Source of the DNA: the human T2T-CHM13v2.0 reference genome, Homo sapiens
Length of the DNA stretch: 64,000 nucleotides
Strand: one strand, 5' to 3'
Assembly (NCBI RefSeq): GCF_009914755.1
Contig: NC_060928.1
In this document: in pieces, positions 49,726 to 64,000 of the stretch
Position numbering within the stretch: the stretch's first letter is position 1
Layout: every line of letters starts with the position of its first letter
Notes under the pieces: generated by a model
What the model saw: only the letters and a program-made list of their open reading frames with translations
Database searches by the model: none
What the model was told of the DNA's origin: nothing
Position numbers and translations under genes: made by a program

Positions 49726-49879
49726 TTTTTTTTTTTTTAAATTCTAAAACTACCCACATCCTTGAGGCAAAAGTAAAGTGTGAAGGTGCATGAGTGTGCT
49801 CATATGTGTGTGAGTGTCATGATAATTTCATTAATTTAAAGGGCCAAGGACCAGGTACTTTCCTCCCCACGCATGAGTG

Positions 49880-50070
49880 TTCTGTGGGGATTAGAAGACC
49901 AGGCTGTACTATCAAACTGCCCAGCTTCAATCCTGCCCAAACCCATTGTTGACTAATGTGAGGGATGTTTCAGATCTGCCTGCCTCAGTTTCCTCATCTA
50001 AGCAGAGTTGGTTATAGTACTATCATGTAGAATTTGTGTGAGGATTAAGTGAGTTAAACACTAAGTACTA
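49880..50070 (+). mobile_element. MIR
   Basis: Core TGCCTCAGTTTCCTCATCT...GTGAGGATTAAGTGAGTTAA. Confidence 0.7.
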
Positions 50071-51294
50071 GGACTACCTCACACTCCATCAAGTTCAAAT
50101 TCTGCACAACAGTGATCTCCAGATCAGTTGCTGATTTTGGCCAAAAGCCTCATGGCAGAACAGTTTGTTGCCATAGACGTAGTAGATATTTAATCCCACT
50201 GTCTTCTCCTTGTTACAATGGATATCTAACTTGGAGTGTAATATGTTAGCTACAAGAATCTGGATTTCGTTTTCACACTCTGGGATCAGAAGACATAATC
50301 ATGAGCAGACTTTGACTGCGACTCAAATGCATGCAGTGTATACAGACGCGATGGCTGCCAACTCAGCCAGGAGACCCGCGTTCTTGAATCAGATGTTTCT
50401 GTTGTCCTGCAGGTGCATAAATGCAAACCACAAACTTCACTGAGCTCCCCCTCTTCTCTCTCCATAGTGTGAGCCCCAGGCACATGCTTCCTCCCTATTC
50501 TCTACCCTCTAAATGCTGTTTCCCCTTCAACCATGTAATTTAAATAAATTAACATACAGCCTGAGAGATACTAAAAGTTGGTGATTATTATCTAACTTCA
50601 GATTTCACATATTTGAATGCTCCTTCCACCACTTGACTGCCTATGTAACCTTAGGAAACATTTTACCCTTAGGTTCTCATCTAAAGAATCGAAAGAATCA
50701 TGGTTCCTGCCTCACATGATTATTGTGAGAAATAATGAGATAACCAAATATAATACACTTGGCATGCAAATACTACCTTTCTTGTCCATGAGAATACCAA
50801 GACTTAGCAGGCACACATCACTCTTATTGCCTAGACAGATGTAAGATGAGTTCAGCAAAAATCAAAGTTTCTCATAATATCTGTCAGCAGTAAATGTATT
50901 AGTACTGTGAACCAAATTGAATACTATTCTAGAAAGAAATCGTCTAGAGTAAAAAAGAAATGCTATCAGTAATTGTGTATTATGTGCTAGGAATTGTGTT
51001 AGTGATTTCACAAATTTTTTTTGTTCAAATTTTCATATGGTCTACTTAAGAGAAGATATTATTATTCCTATTTTTCTTTTTTTTATTATACTTTAAGTTT
51101 TAGGGTACATGTGCACAACAACATGCAGGTTTGTTACATATGTATATATATGTGCCATGTTGGTGTGCTGCACCCATTAACTTGTCATTTAACATTAGGT
51201 ATATCTCCTGATGCTATCCCTCCCCACTCCCCCCACCCCACAACAGGCCCCAGTGTGTGATGTTCCTCTTCCTGTGTCCATGTGTTCTCATTGT

Positions 51295-55118
<3,824 letters not shown>

Positions 55119-55181
55119 TATGATGTTAGCTGGTTATTTTGCTCATTAGTTGATGCAGTTTCTTCCTAGCCTCAATGGTCT

Positions 55182-56196
55182 TTATAATTTGGCATGTTTT
55201 TGCAGTGGCTGGTACCGGTTGTTCTTTTCCACGTTTAGAGCTTCCTTCAGGAGCTCTTTTAGGGCAGGCCTGGTGGTGACAAAATCTCTCAGCATTTGCT
55301 TGTCTGTAAAGGATTTTATTTCTCCTTCACTTATGAAGCTTACTTTGGCTGGATATGAAATTCTGGGGTGAAAATTCTTTTCTTTAAGAATGTTGAATAT
55401 TGGCCCCCACTCTATTCTGGCTTGTAGAGTTTCTGCCGAGAGATCCACTGTTAGTCTGATGGGCTTCCCTTTGTGAGTAACCCGACCTTTCTCTCTGGCT
55501 GCCCTTAACATTTTTTCCTTCATTTCAACTTTGGTGAATCTGACAAATAAGTGTCTTGGAGTTGCTCTTCTCGAGGAGTATCTTTGTGGCGTTCTCTGTA
55601 TTTCCTGTATGTGAATGTTGGCCTGCCTTGCTAGATTGGGGAAGTTCTCCTGGATAATATCCTGCAGAGTGTTTTCCAACTTGGTTCCATTCTCCCCGTC
55701 ACTTTCAGGTACACCAATCAGACATAGATTTGGTCTTTTCACATAGTCCCATATTTCTTGGAGGCTTTGTTTGTTTCTTTTTATTCTTTTTTCTCTAAAT
55801 TTCTCTTCTTGCTTCCTTTCATTCATTTGATCTTCCATCACTGATACCCTTTCTTCCAGTTGATTGAATCGGCTACTGAGGCTGTGCATTCATCGCATAG
55901 TTCTCATGCTGTGGTTTTCAGTTCCATCAGGTCCTTTAAGGATTTCTCTGCATTGGTTATTCTAGTTAGCCATTCGTCTAATTTTTTTTCAAGGTTTTTA
56001 ACTTCTTTGCCATGGGTTCCAACTTCCTCTTTTAGGTCGGAGTAGTTTGATTGTCTGAAGCCTTCTTCTCTCAGCACGTCAAGTCATTCTCTGTCCAGCT
56101 TTGTTCTGTTGCTGGTGAGGAGCTGCATGCCTTTGGAGGAGGAGAGGCCCTCTGATTTTTAGAGTTTCCAGTTTTTCTGCTCTGTTTTTTCCCCAT
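55182..56196 (-). pseudogene. L1 ORF1p remnant
   Basis: MGKKQSRKTGNSKNQ start and a 235-aa C-terminal fragment (55182..55889), frameshifted. Confidence 0.93.
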
Positions 56197-59100
56197 CTTT
56201 GTGGTTTTATCTACCTTTGGTTTTGATGGTGACGTACAGATGTGGTTTTGGTGTGGATGTCCTTTCTGTTTGTTAGTTTTCCTTCTAACAGTCAGGACCC
56301 TCAGCTGCAGGTCTGCTGGAGTTTGCTGGAGGTCCACGCCAGACCCTGTTTGCCTGGGTATCAGCTGCGGAGGCTGCACAACAGTGGATATTGGTGAACA
56401 GCAAATGTTGCTGCCTGATTGTTCCTCTGGGAGTTTTGTCTCAGAGGAGTACCCGGCCGTGTGAGGTGTCATTCTGTCCCTACTCGGGGGTGCCTCCCAG
56501 TTAGTCTACTCGGGGGTCAGGGACCCACTTGAGGAGGCAGTCCGTCCATTCTCAGATCTCCAGCTGCGTGCTGGGAGAACCACTACTCTCTTCAAACCTC
56601 AGTTGGAAATGCAGAAATCACCCATCTTCTGCGTTGCTCATGCTGGGACCTGAAGACTGGAGCTGTTCCTGTTCAGCCATCTTGGCTCTACCCCTATTAT
56701 CCCTATTTTTCAAATGGGGAGACTTGGGCAGCAGGAGGTTAATGAACATGCCAAAGGTAACAGACCCAGTAAATAGCAGGACAAAATACAGTTTGGTCAT
56801 ATTCTCATCTCCTGTGTAACATTGCCTCCGTGCTAACGTGTTGACTGATGAGACCCTGTAATGCAGTAATGATAAATAATGAAATAATAATTATATTATA
56901 TTGTATCATATATCATACTATGCAGTGCTACAATACACATAAAATTCCCATGTTATCTTTTAAAGGAAATCTATTTATATGGGTACTTGCAAACTGAAAC
57001 TAATTTTTATTTCCATATATAACATACATTTAACTATAGTATTTGGTCAAAACTAAAACAAAATATGTTAATGATATTAGCGTTCTTTTCTTGCTTTGAA
57101 ATTTGGTGATTATAATGCTGCTCTGTGCACAGCTTTTGCTTGATTTCTGCTCACTAGTTCAGGCTTGAAGACCTAATAAATATCTCTATATAGTCATTGT
57201 TGAATAGATCTTCACGTTCTGATGAATGAAACTGGTTGAATTTGAAAAATCTACTGTTTGAGATTGGCACATAACCAAATTATAACTTTAGGTGGAAAAA
57301 ATACCTGATTGCTTGTTACTTTCCAAATTTTTGGCATGTTTTCAATGTTACAAAGCTGTTTCTAAATAAAATTTGTTGGGGGGCAGAAATCTTGAGAACT
57401 CCACCATATACAATTTGCATCATTTGCTTTTCTAAATTGTTGTTTCTCGCCAGTGTCAATAAACTGCTGTAAGTGGTTAAGCATGTTTGGTTGGCTGTAC
57501 TTACGTATAAAATAAACAACGTGGCTAGTATTCTCTTTACAACTGATGACCATGGGTGCTGTGTAACTACTCTATATAACCCTTAATGAGGGAATAATGA
57601 AATTTACCTTGCAGAGGTATCAAAAAGCAAACATGTTTTTCTAGTGCCTGGGTCCGTGACTAATTTCCCAATTTCTGTGTGATAATTTTATATATAGGAT
57701 GTCTTAAATTCCACCCCACATGCCTAACAAGCATTTTAAAACCTGTGCTTGTCTTATCTGGAATGACATTGGAGTGATTAATTTTTTTTTAACCTTTTAG
57801 AATGGTGTCAGCTGGGATTGAGAAATTAATCAAGGGTAATCAAAGTCTGAAGAAAATTTGAACTGTTGAATTAAGACAAGATGTTTGCACTGAGTGCCAG
57901 CAGGAATGGGGTACTATATGTAGTAACTTGTTAAAAAATGTCATGCATTGAGGTATTTACATAAATTTTCATAGGAATATATTAGTTATACTTTTAAATT
58001 ATACAGTTAAGGCTTGAGAACAACAGGCAATACATTGTGTAACAATTTGTCCGAAGAAACATCAGGTGGATTTGGAAGCACAAGGCAAACTCATTTTTCA
58101 AATTATAAAATCTAGTGTCAAAGGGATAGAGTTTTAGTTTTGTTGCTGTTTAAAAGGTATAATAATAAACAGAAAATGCCAATAAAAAGTATATATGAGT
58201 TATCTTAAACGTAATTATTTTTTCAGAAAAAATTGGCAACAGTTAATTACTTTGTTGTGTGAGAATCTTTGTGATTCTTACGGCTGACCAAAAAAGGGAA
58301 GGGATTTTTAATAAGTAGGTTTGGAAGGCCAAGTTCATGGTGTCCTTCCAAGCTGGATAAATCAGGCAGCATGCTCCTTACCAAGAAAGGGATGGTCTTT
58401 TGGAAGAAAGGATAATCAAGCTAGAATCCTTCTACTCGGCATAAACATCAAAGTCCTTGTGGTGGTTCAAAGAGGAAGAATCTGCCTCCATACATTTGGC
58501 CAGATTTTTGGCACCTGGTTAAAGAGATTGAGCAACAAAAAGCTTTGCTTGAATTTCATTAAAATTGAGTATTAAAAGCATACTCTTACAATTGAAGTGG
58601 AGTGGATTGAGTCTCTTGATGGGGATGGGCCCTTAGTGTATATGCATGGCTTGGGTAACTTTCTTCATTTGTTTAATTGGAAAACTTGCTGTTTTTATCT
58701 CTCTGTCCAACCATAGCCCCCTCTCTCCACAATATTCTTTGAAGAACATCTAGCTCTCCATAAAATATCTAGCAAAAGAGAGAGAAAAAAATACTTCCAC
58801 AAATGCTTGTCAAAATAAAAGAAAGCAAACAGAATTACATACCAAGTCTTTATTTCCTCTTAGACCTAAATTTGATTAGATGTGATGCTAATGATTAGGC
58901 TAAAACGAGTGATGGTAAGCTTGTTTGTTAAACTAATTAATGACATAAATGTGACTTCCCAAAACAATCCCGCTGAAATCCTGCTTCAGGTTTCCAAAGA
59001 AGCCTGTGCTTTCCATCCATTCCCATGGAATTTGAGGGGAGCCACCCATTTTTGCCAGTGGTTTAGCTAGAATTAAAATTAATAACGTTTTGGCCCCCTG

Positions 59101-59802
59101 CCTTTGCTGAAACTGCTGGGAAGCACAGACTTCTGTTGTTCAGTGCTACATGCATCTTCCAAATTCTCAATTGGGAAAAATGCGAAGTCCGCATTCTGGC
59201 CTTGGGCAATAGAACGTTAGGCATGGAAATCAGCGCCTCGGGTTTTTACATCAACGTCAGTCCCTCACAGGTCAGCAACCGCAGCGGCTAACCTCTTTCT
59301 CCCAACCGCCACACAGAGATGCATTTTCCAATGCGATGCCAATACATCTCTCAGGCCTTTGCTTCATCGGGATCGAGAGTTATTTTTTTTTCTCTCCAAA
59401 CATTTTGTTTTGAAAGTTTCAAAATTTACATAAAAGATAAAGACTAGTACAATAAAAAAAGTATATACCCTAATCTAGACTTATCAATTGTTCCCACTTT
59501 GCCATTATTTTCCCTCAATATCTCCTATTTATTTATTTATTTATGTATTTTTGCTGAACAATTTGCAAGTAAGTTGCAGACACTATGAAATTTCACTTCT
59601 ATGTACCTTATCATGCATCTCCTAAGTATGAGCTCAGAAGCACAGCACCATTTTTTACATGCCCAAATTTACATGCATTATGTTTAATATGAACTCCATA
59701 TCAAAATTCCCCAATTATTTTTCAAATGTATTTTGTTTTCTTTATCTGCAGGATTCAGTGAAGATTGATGCATTGCATTTGGTTGTAATCACTTTTTAGT
59801 TT

Positions 59803-60240
59803 TGTTAAAGCAAACCAAATATGGCCTGAGAAGGACTCCATACTTCTATATTTGAGTCCTTGAGGATGAACTGCAACCTAACTTAATAGGTAGACAAGAT
59901 TGAAAACCTAACTTAAAAGTATGCACCTGTAACAATCGCTGAGCAGGTCAGCGATTGGCCAATCCCAGCAGCCTTATTTCAGCCACTCATAACACTGCTG
60001 AGTGTTTAAACTGTGTTTAAATAAGGCAAACGCCAATCTGTAGCCAATCCAGTTGTTTCTACACCTCACTTCCGATTTCTGTACGTCACTTTACTTTTTT
60101 TGTCTATAAATTTATTCTGACCAGGAGGCACCCCTGGAGTCTCTCTGAATCTGCTGTGATTCTTGGGGCTGCCCTGTTTGTGAATCGTTCATTGCTTAAA
60201 CTCCTTTAAATTTAATTCGGCTGAAGTTTTTCTTTTAACA
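59803..60240 (+). mobile_element. MER57-type (ERV1) solo LTR
   Basis: TGTTAAAGCAAACCAAATATGGCCTGAGAAGGACTCC...CCAAT boxes, TATAAA...TTCTTTTAACA; 4-bp TSD GTTT/GTTT. Confidence 0.85.
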
Positions 60241-60980
60241 GTTTCTTTTAATCTAGAACAGGTTCCTCACATTTTGTTTTGTTGTTCTCAGGATAATTAC
60301 TTTTCTGAAGAATCCAGGTTCGTTTTCTTATGGAATTTTCTACCTTGTGAAGTTACCTGATTAATTTTTTTCATTGTTAGATTCAGGTTACACATGCTTT
60401 GGCAAGAATACTCTATCAGTGTTGTTGTACATTTCTCAGTGCTTTATATACATGATATTAGACTGTTGCCCCATAATGATGCTAAGTTAGGCCACTTGGT
60501 TAAGGTGATGATCGCAAAGATCTCTTCATTGTGAGGTAGATTTTCTCCTCTGGGATTAGTAAATAATTTGCAGAAGACTACCTTGACTGTGTGACTAATC
60601 TGTTCCCTAACCTTTCATGTTATATTTTCATGATCTTACTTGCTACAATTATTACTTAGGGGTTGCAAAATGGCATTTTTTCCAATTCTATTATTCCTTC
60701 TTAATTTATCAGCTGGTATTCTCTTACAGAAAAATTTTCTTATTTCTCTATCTTGTTTCTTCTCTATTATCATTATGAACTCATTTAAAAAAATTCACTA
60801 ACCTGGATTTTTCAGAAAAGTCATTATCATGAGAACAACCAAACAAACAAAATGTGAGGAACCTGTTCTAGATTTAAAGAAAGTGTTAAAAGAAAAACTT
60901 CAGCCGAATTAAATTTAAAGGAGTTTAAGCAATGAACGATTCACAAATAGGGCAGCCCCAAGAATCACAGCAGATTCAGA
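60144..60980. repeat. ~180-bp inverted duplication (arms 60144-60320 and 60800-60980)
   Basis: Arm 2 is the reverse complement of the LTR 3' end plus ~80 bp of downstream flank. Confidence 0.95.
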
Positions 60981-62282
60981 TTAATGTATTACAATTAATT
61001 ACCATCATTGTTCTTTTATAGACTCAAATGTGCAAAATTTGCTTCATGGGAGCCACTTTAACAGGCTCATGTGCTCCTCTGACATGGTCTTAGTATTTGA
61101 GCACTTAGAAACAAGTAAACTACATTTTATTTTCCTTGCCCTGGACTTGGAATTAGCTATTACTGTAATAAATTATGATATTTTATACTGTGGAATGATG
61201 TCTAGAAATCAATAGCTGAACATGAACTCTGTTCATTCCTATTGAAGTGTCATTATTTCTACCTGCTTTAGGTAGAGAGTGCTATAATACATGTGAATTT
61301 TATATTCAATTAAAATTAGTATTGCAAGATTGTTTACTTTCTTTAATTTTATATTAATACCTCTTTTACAGTTCAAATCTTAAATTTAGTATGCTTAGTA
61401 TTTGCATTAAAATTGGTAGTATAATTATGAAACTATCTTATGTATAGTGTATGATAAGTGCAGGATCTCTTAATGGGATATTAATCCTGCACTATATGTA
61501 ACATTTCATTTCAGTTATTTTTGTCCTTGAATATATGCCACAGAGAATGTACAGTCAGAGGAATTATATTAAAAACTTACTTTAATTATTTTCTTCATTT
61601 GATTATCTACAATTTTTGTCATTTTATTGAGGTATACTTTACACATGATAACACTTACCCTTGTAGAGTTCCAAGAATTTTGACAATTGCATGCAGTCAG
61701 CTAGCCATACTACAAACAACGTATAATGCACTTCCATCACCCCACTGTTTCCTCATTCCCCCTCCTATTTAATCCCCTTCCTCCAACACCCAGCCCCTGG
61801 CAACCACTAATTTGTCTTCTGTCTCTATGGTTTAGCCTTTGCAGAATGTCATATGAACAGACTCATATGTAACCACTGAATCTGATTTCTTTCATTTAGT
61901 ATAGTGCAATAGTATTGTGCAACTTAGTTCACTCAGATCATTTTTTTAATTGATGGGTAGTATTTCATTGTATTGGTGTACCAAAATTTTTTTTAAAAAA
62001 TCTATTCAGCATTTGGACATTTGGCTTGATTTTTGAATAAAGCCATTATAAATATTTATATGGACACATTTTCTTTTCTCTTAGGTGAATAGCTAGGAGT
62101 GGAATTGCTAATTTTTAGGTGCATTTTTAACCTTATTAAACACCTCTAAATTATTTTCCAAAGCGTCTGTACCTATTTTTATTTCTACCAACAATGTATA
62201 AGAGCTCTATTTGCCTTTCACATCCTTATTAGCACCTATTATTGTAAAAACTGGTTTGTTCATTTGCTTCTCTATTTCTTTC

Positions 62283-62578
62283 CTTTTTTTACCATTTTGA
62301 GATGGAGTCTTGCTCTGTTGCCCAGGCTGGAATGCAGTGGCGCAATTTTGGCTCACTGAAACCTCCGCCTCCTGGGTTCAAGCAATTTTCTGCCTCAGGC
62401 TCCCGAGTAGCTGGGATTACAGGCGCCTGCCACCACGCCCAGCTAATTTTTTTTATTTTTAGTAGAGAGGGCATTTCACTATGTTGGCCAGGCTGGTCTT
62501 GAACTCCTGACCTCGTGATCCACCCACCTTGGCCTCCCAAAGTGCTGGGATTACAGGCGTGAGCCACCGCGCCCGGCC
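62283..62578 (-). mobile_element. AluS (AluSg-like)
   Basis: Full dimer in reverse orientation ending CCGCGCCCGGCC. Confidence 0.95.
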
Positions 62579-62778
62579 TCTTTTTTCTTTCTTATCATTG
62601 TGATAGTTATGTAGTGGTAACTCACTGTGGTTTTAGCTTGCGTTTCTCTAAAGACTAATGATATTAAGAATTATTTTATATATTTATTTGACATCTGTGT
62701 ATCTTCTTTGGCAAAGAATCTGTAAAATATTTTCTCCAGTATTTTAAAATTAGTTTGTTTGGTTTCTTACTATTGATG

Positions 62779-63627
62779 TTTTTTTTTATTTCAACATGCA
62801 TCTTTTTTTTTATTTTTATTTTTTAAATGCCTCCTACTTAGGAGGAAGGTAGCATTTAGCAATGTGTTTTATTTTATTTTTTATTTTTATTTATTTATTT
62901 ATTTATTATTTATTTTTTTTAACGTGTTCTTTATTACTATTATACTTTAAGTTCTAGGGTACATGTGCACAATGTGCAGGTTTCTTACGTATGTATACAT
63001 GTGCCATGTTGGTGTGCTGCACCCATTAACTCGTTATTTACATTAGGTATATCTCCTAATGCTATCCCTCCCCCGCTCCCGCCACCCCACAACAGGCCCC
63101 AGTGTATGATGTTCCCCTTTCTCTTCCATGTGTTCTCATTGTTCAGTTCCCACCTATGAGTGAGAACATGCGGTGTTTGGTTTTTTGTCCTTGTGATGGT
63201 TTGCTGAGAATGATGGTTTCCAGCTTCATCCATGTCCCTACAAAGGACATGAACTCATCCTTTTTTATGGCTGCATAGTATTCCATGGTGTATATGTGCC
63301 ACATTTTCTTGATCCAGTCTATCATTGGTGGACATTTGGGTTGGTTCCAAGTCTTTGCTATTGTGAATAGTGCCGCAATAAACATACGTGTGCGTGTGTC
63401 TTTATAGCAGCATAATTTATAATCCTTTGGGTATATACCCAGTAATGGGATGGCTGGGTCAAATGGTATTTCTAGTTCTAGATCCCTGAGGAATTGCCAC
63501 ACTGACTTCCACAATGGTTGAACTAGTTTACAGTCCCACCAACAGTGTAAAAGTGTTCCTATTTCTCCACATCCTCTCCAACACCTGTTGTTTACTGACT
63601 TTTTAATGATCGCCATTCTAACTGGTG
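62779..63627 (-). mobile_element. L1PA 3' segment with a compound poly(A) tail
   Basis: ORF 63143..63616 encodes the ORF2p C-terminus; 3'UTR extends to ~62930; segmented T-tracts at 62779-62920. Confidence 0.93.
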
Positions 63628-63709
63628 ATACTGCCTTCTATGAGTAAAAATTTCTGTACATTGTTATCATTGTCTCTAATAGGGCATGATTTTAGATTAT
63701 TCACTAGGG

Positions 63710-64000
63710 TTACATAACGGTAAAGGGATCAATTCAACAAGAAGAGCTAACTATCCTAGATATATATGCACCCAATACATATAGTTCTGTAGATGTCTAT
63801 TAGGTCAGCTTGGTGCAGAGCTGAGTTCAATTCCTGGGCATCCTTGTTAACTTTCTGTCTCATTGATCTGTCTAATGTTGACAGTGGGGTGTTAAAGTCT
63901 CCCATTATTATTGTGTGGGAGTCTAAATCTCTTTGTAGGTCACTCAGGACTTGCTTTATGAATCTGGGTGCTCCTGTATTGGGTGCATACATATTTAGGA
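63710..64000. mobile_element. L1PA ORF2 endonuclease-domain pieces: plus 63710-63779, minus 63783-64000+
   Basis: ORF 63756..63992(-) reads YAPNTGAPRFIKQ...GDFNTPL; the plus piece is TTACATAACGGTAAAGGGATCAATTCAACAAGAAGAG. Confidence 0.9.

Larger units (their letters stand above)
59400..62780 (-). mobile_element. Old L1M (MC/ME/MB-type) 3' fragments, interrupted by MER57, an inverted copy and an Alu
   Basis: Degenerate L1M 3'UTR/ORF2 motifs (CCCAGCCCCTGGCAACCACTAAT, TAGCTAGGAGTGGAATTGCT, GACTAATGATATTAAG). Confidence 0.6.

Overview
Repeat-rich primate (human-like) genomic DNA that appears intergenic or deep intronic. I find no supportable host protein-coding exon, tRNA, rRNA or CRISPR array; the long ORFs are LINE-1 ORF1/ORF2 remnants, repeat-derived or chance ORFs. 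The window holds a full-length older L1PA (+, 14929-21440), a near-full-length L1PA (-, 51077-56694), truncated or rearranged L1PAs, older L1M, L2, L3 and MIR fragments, about nine Alu-family inserts, several solo LTRs (THE1, MLT1, LTR1, MER57, MER54-like), MER5 DNA transposons and microsatellites. The main observations are: (1) the minus-strand L1 looks retrotransposed from a spliced RNA (exactly 97 nt of 5'UTR joined to the ~+622 acceptor); (2) a 250-bp unique-sequence inverted repeat around a 1.15-kb spacer has a perfect inner 88 bp and a ~90% identical outer part, a candidate inversion or gene-conversion locus; (3) a second ~180-bp inverted copy spans an LTR/flank junction; (4) a 160-bp dispersed direct duplication; (5) a twin-primed L1 inversion creates a chimeric 335-aa ORF; (6) an L1 has a multi-poly(A) tail and a complex internal deletion/inversion. 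Subfamily names come from recalled consensus sequences and need RepeatMasker/Dfam confirmation. I found no convincing evidence of a wholly new biological system.
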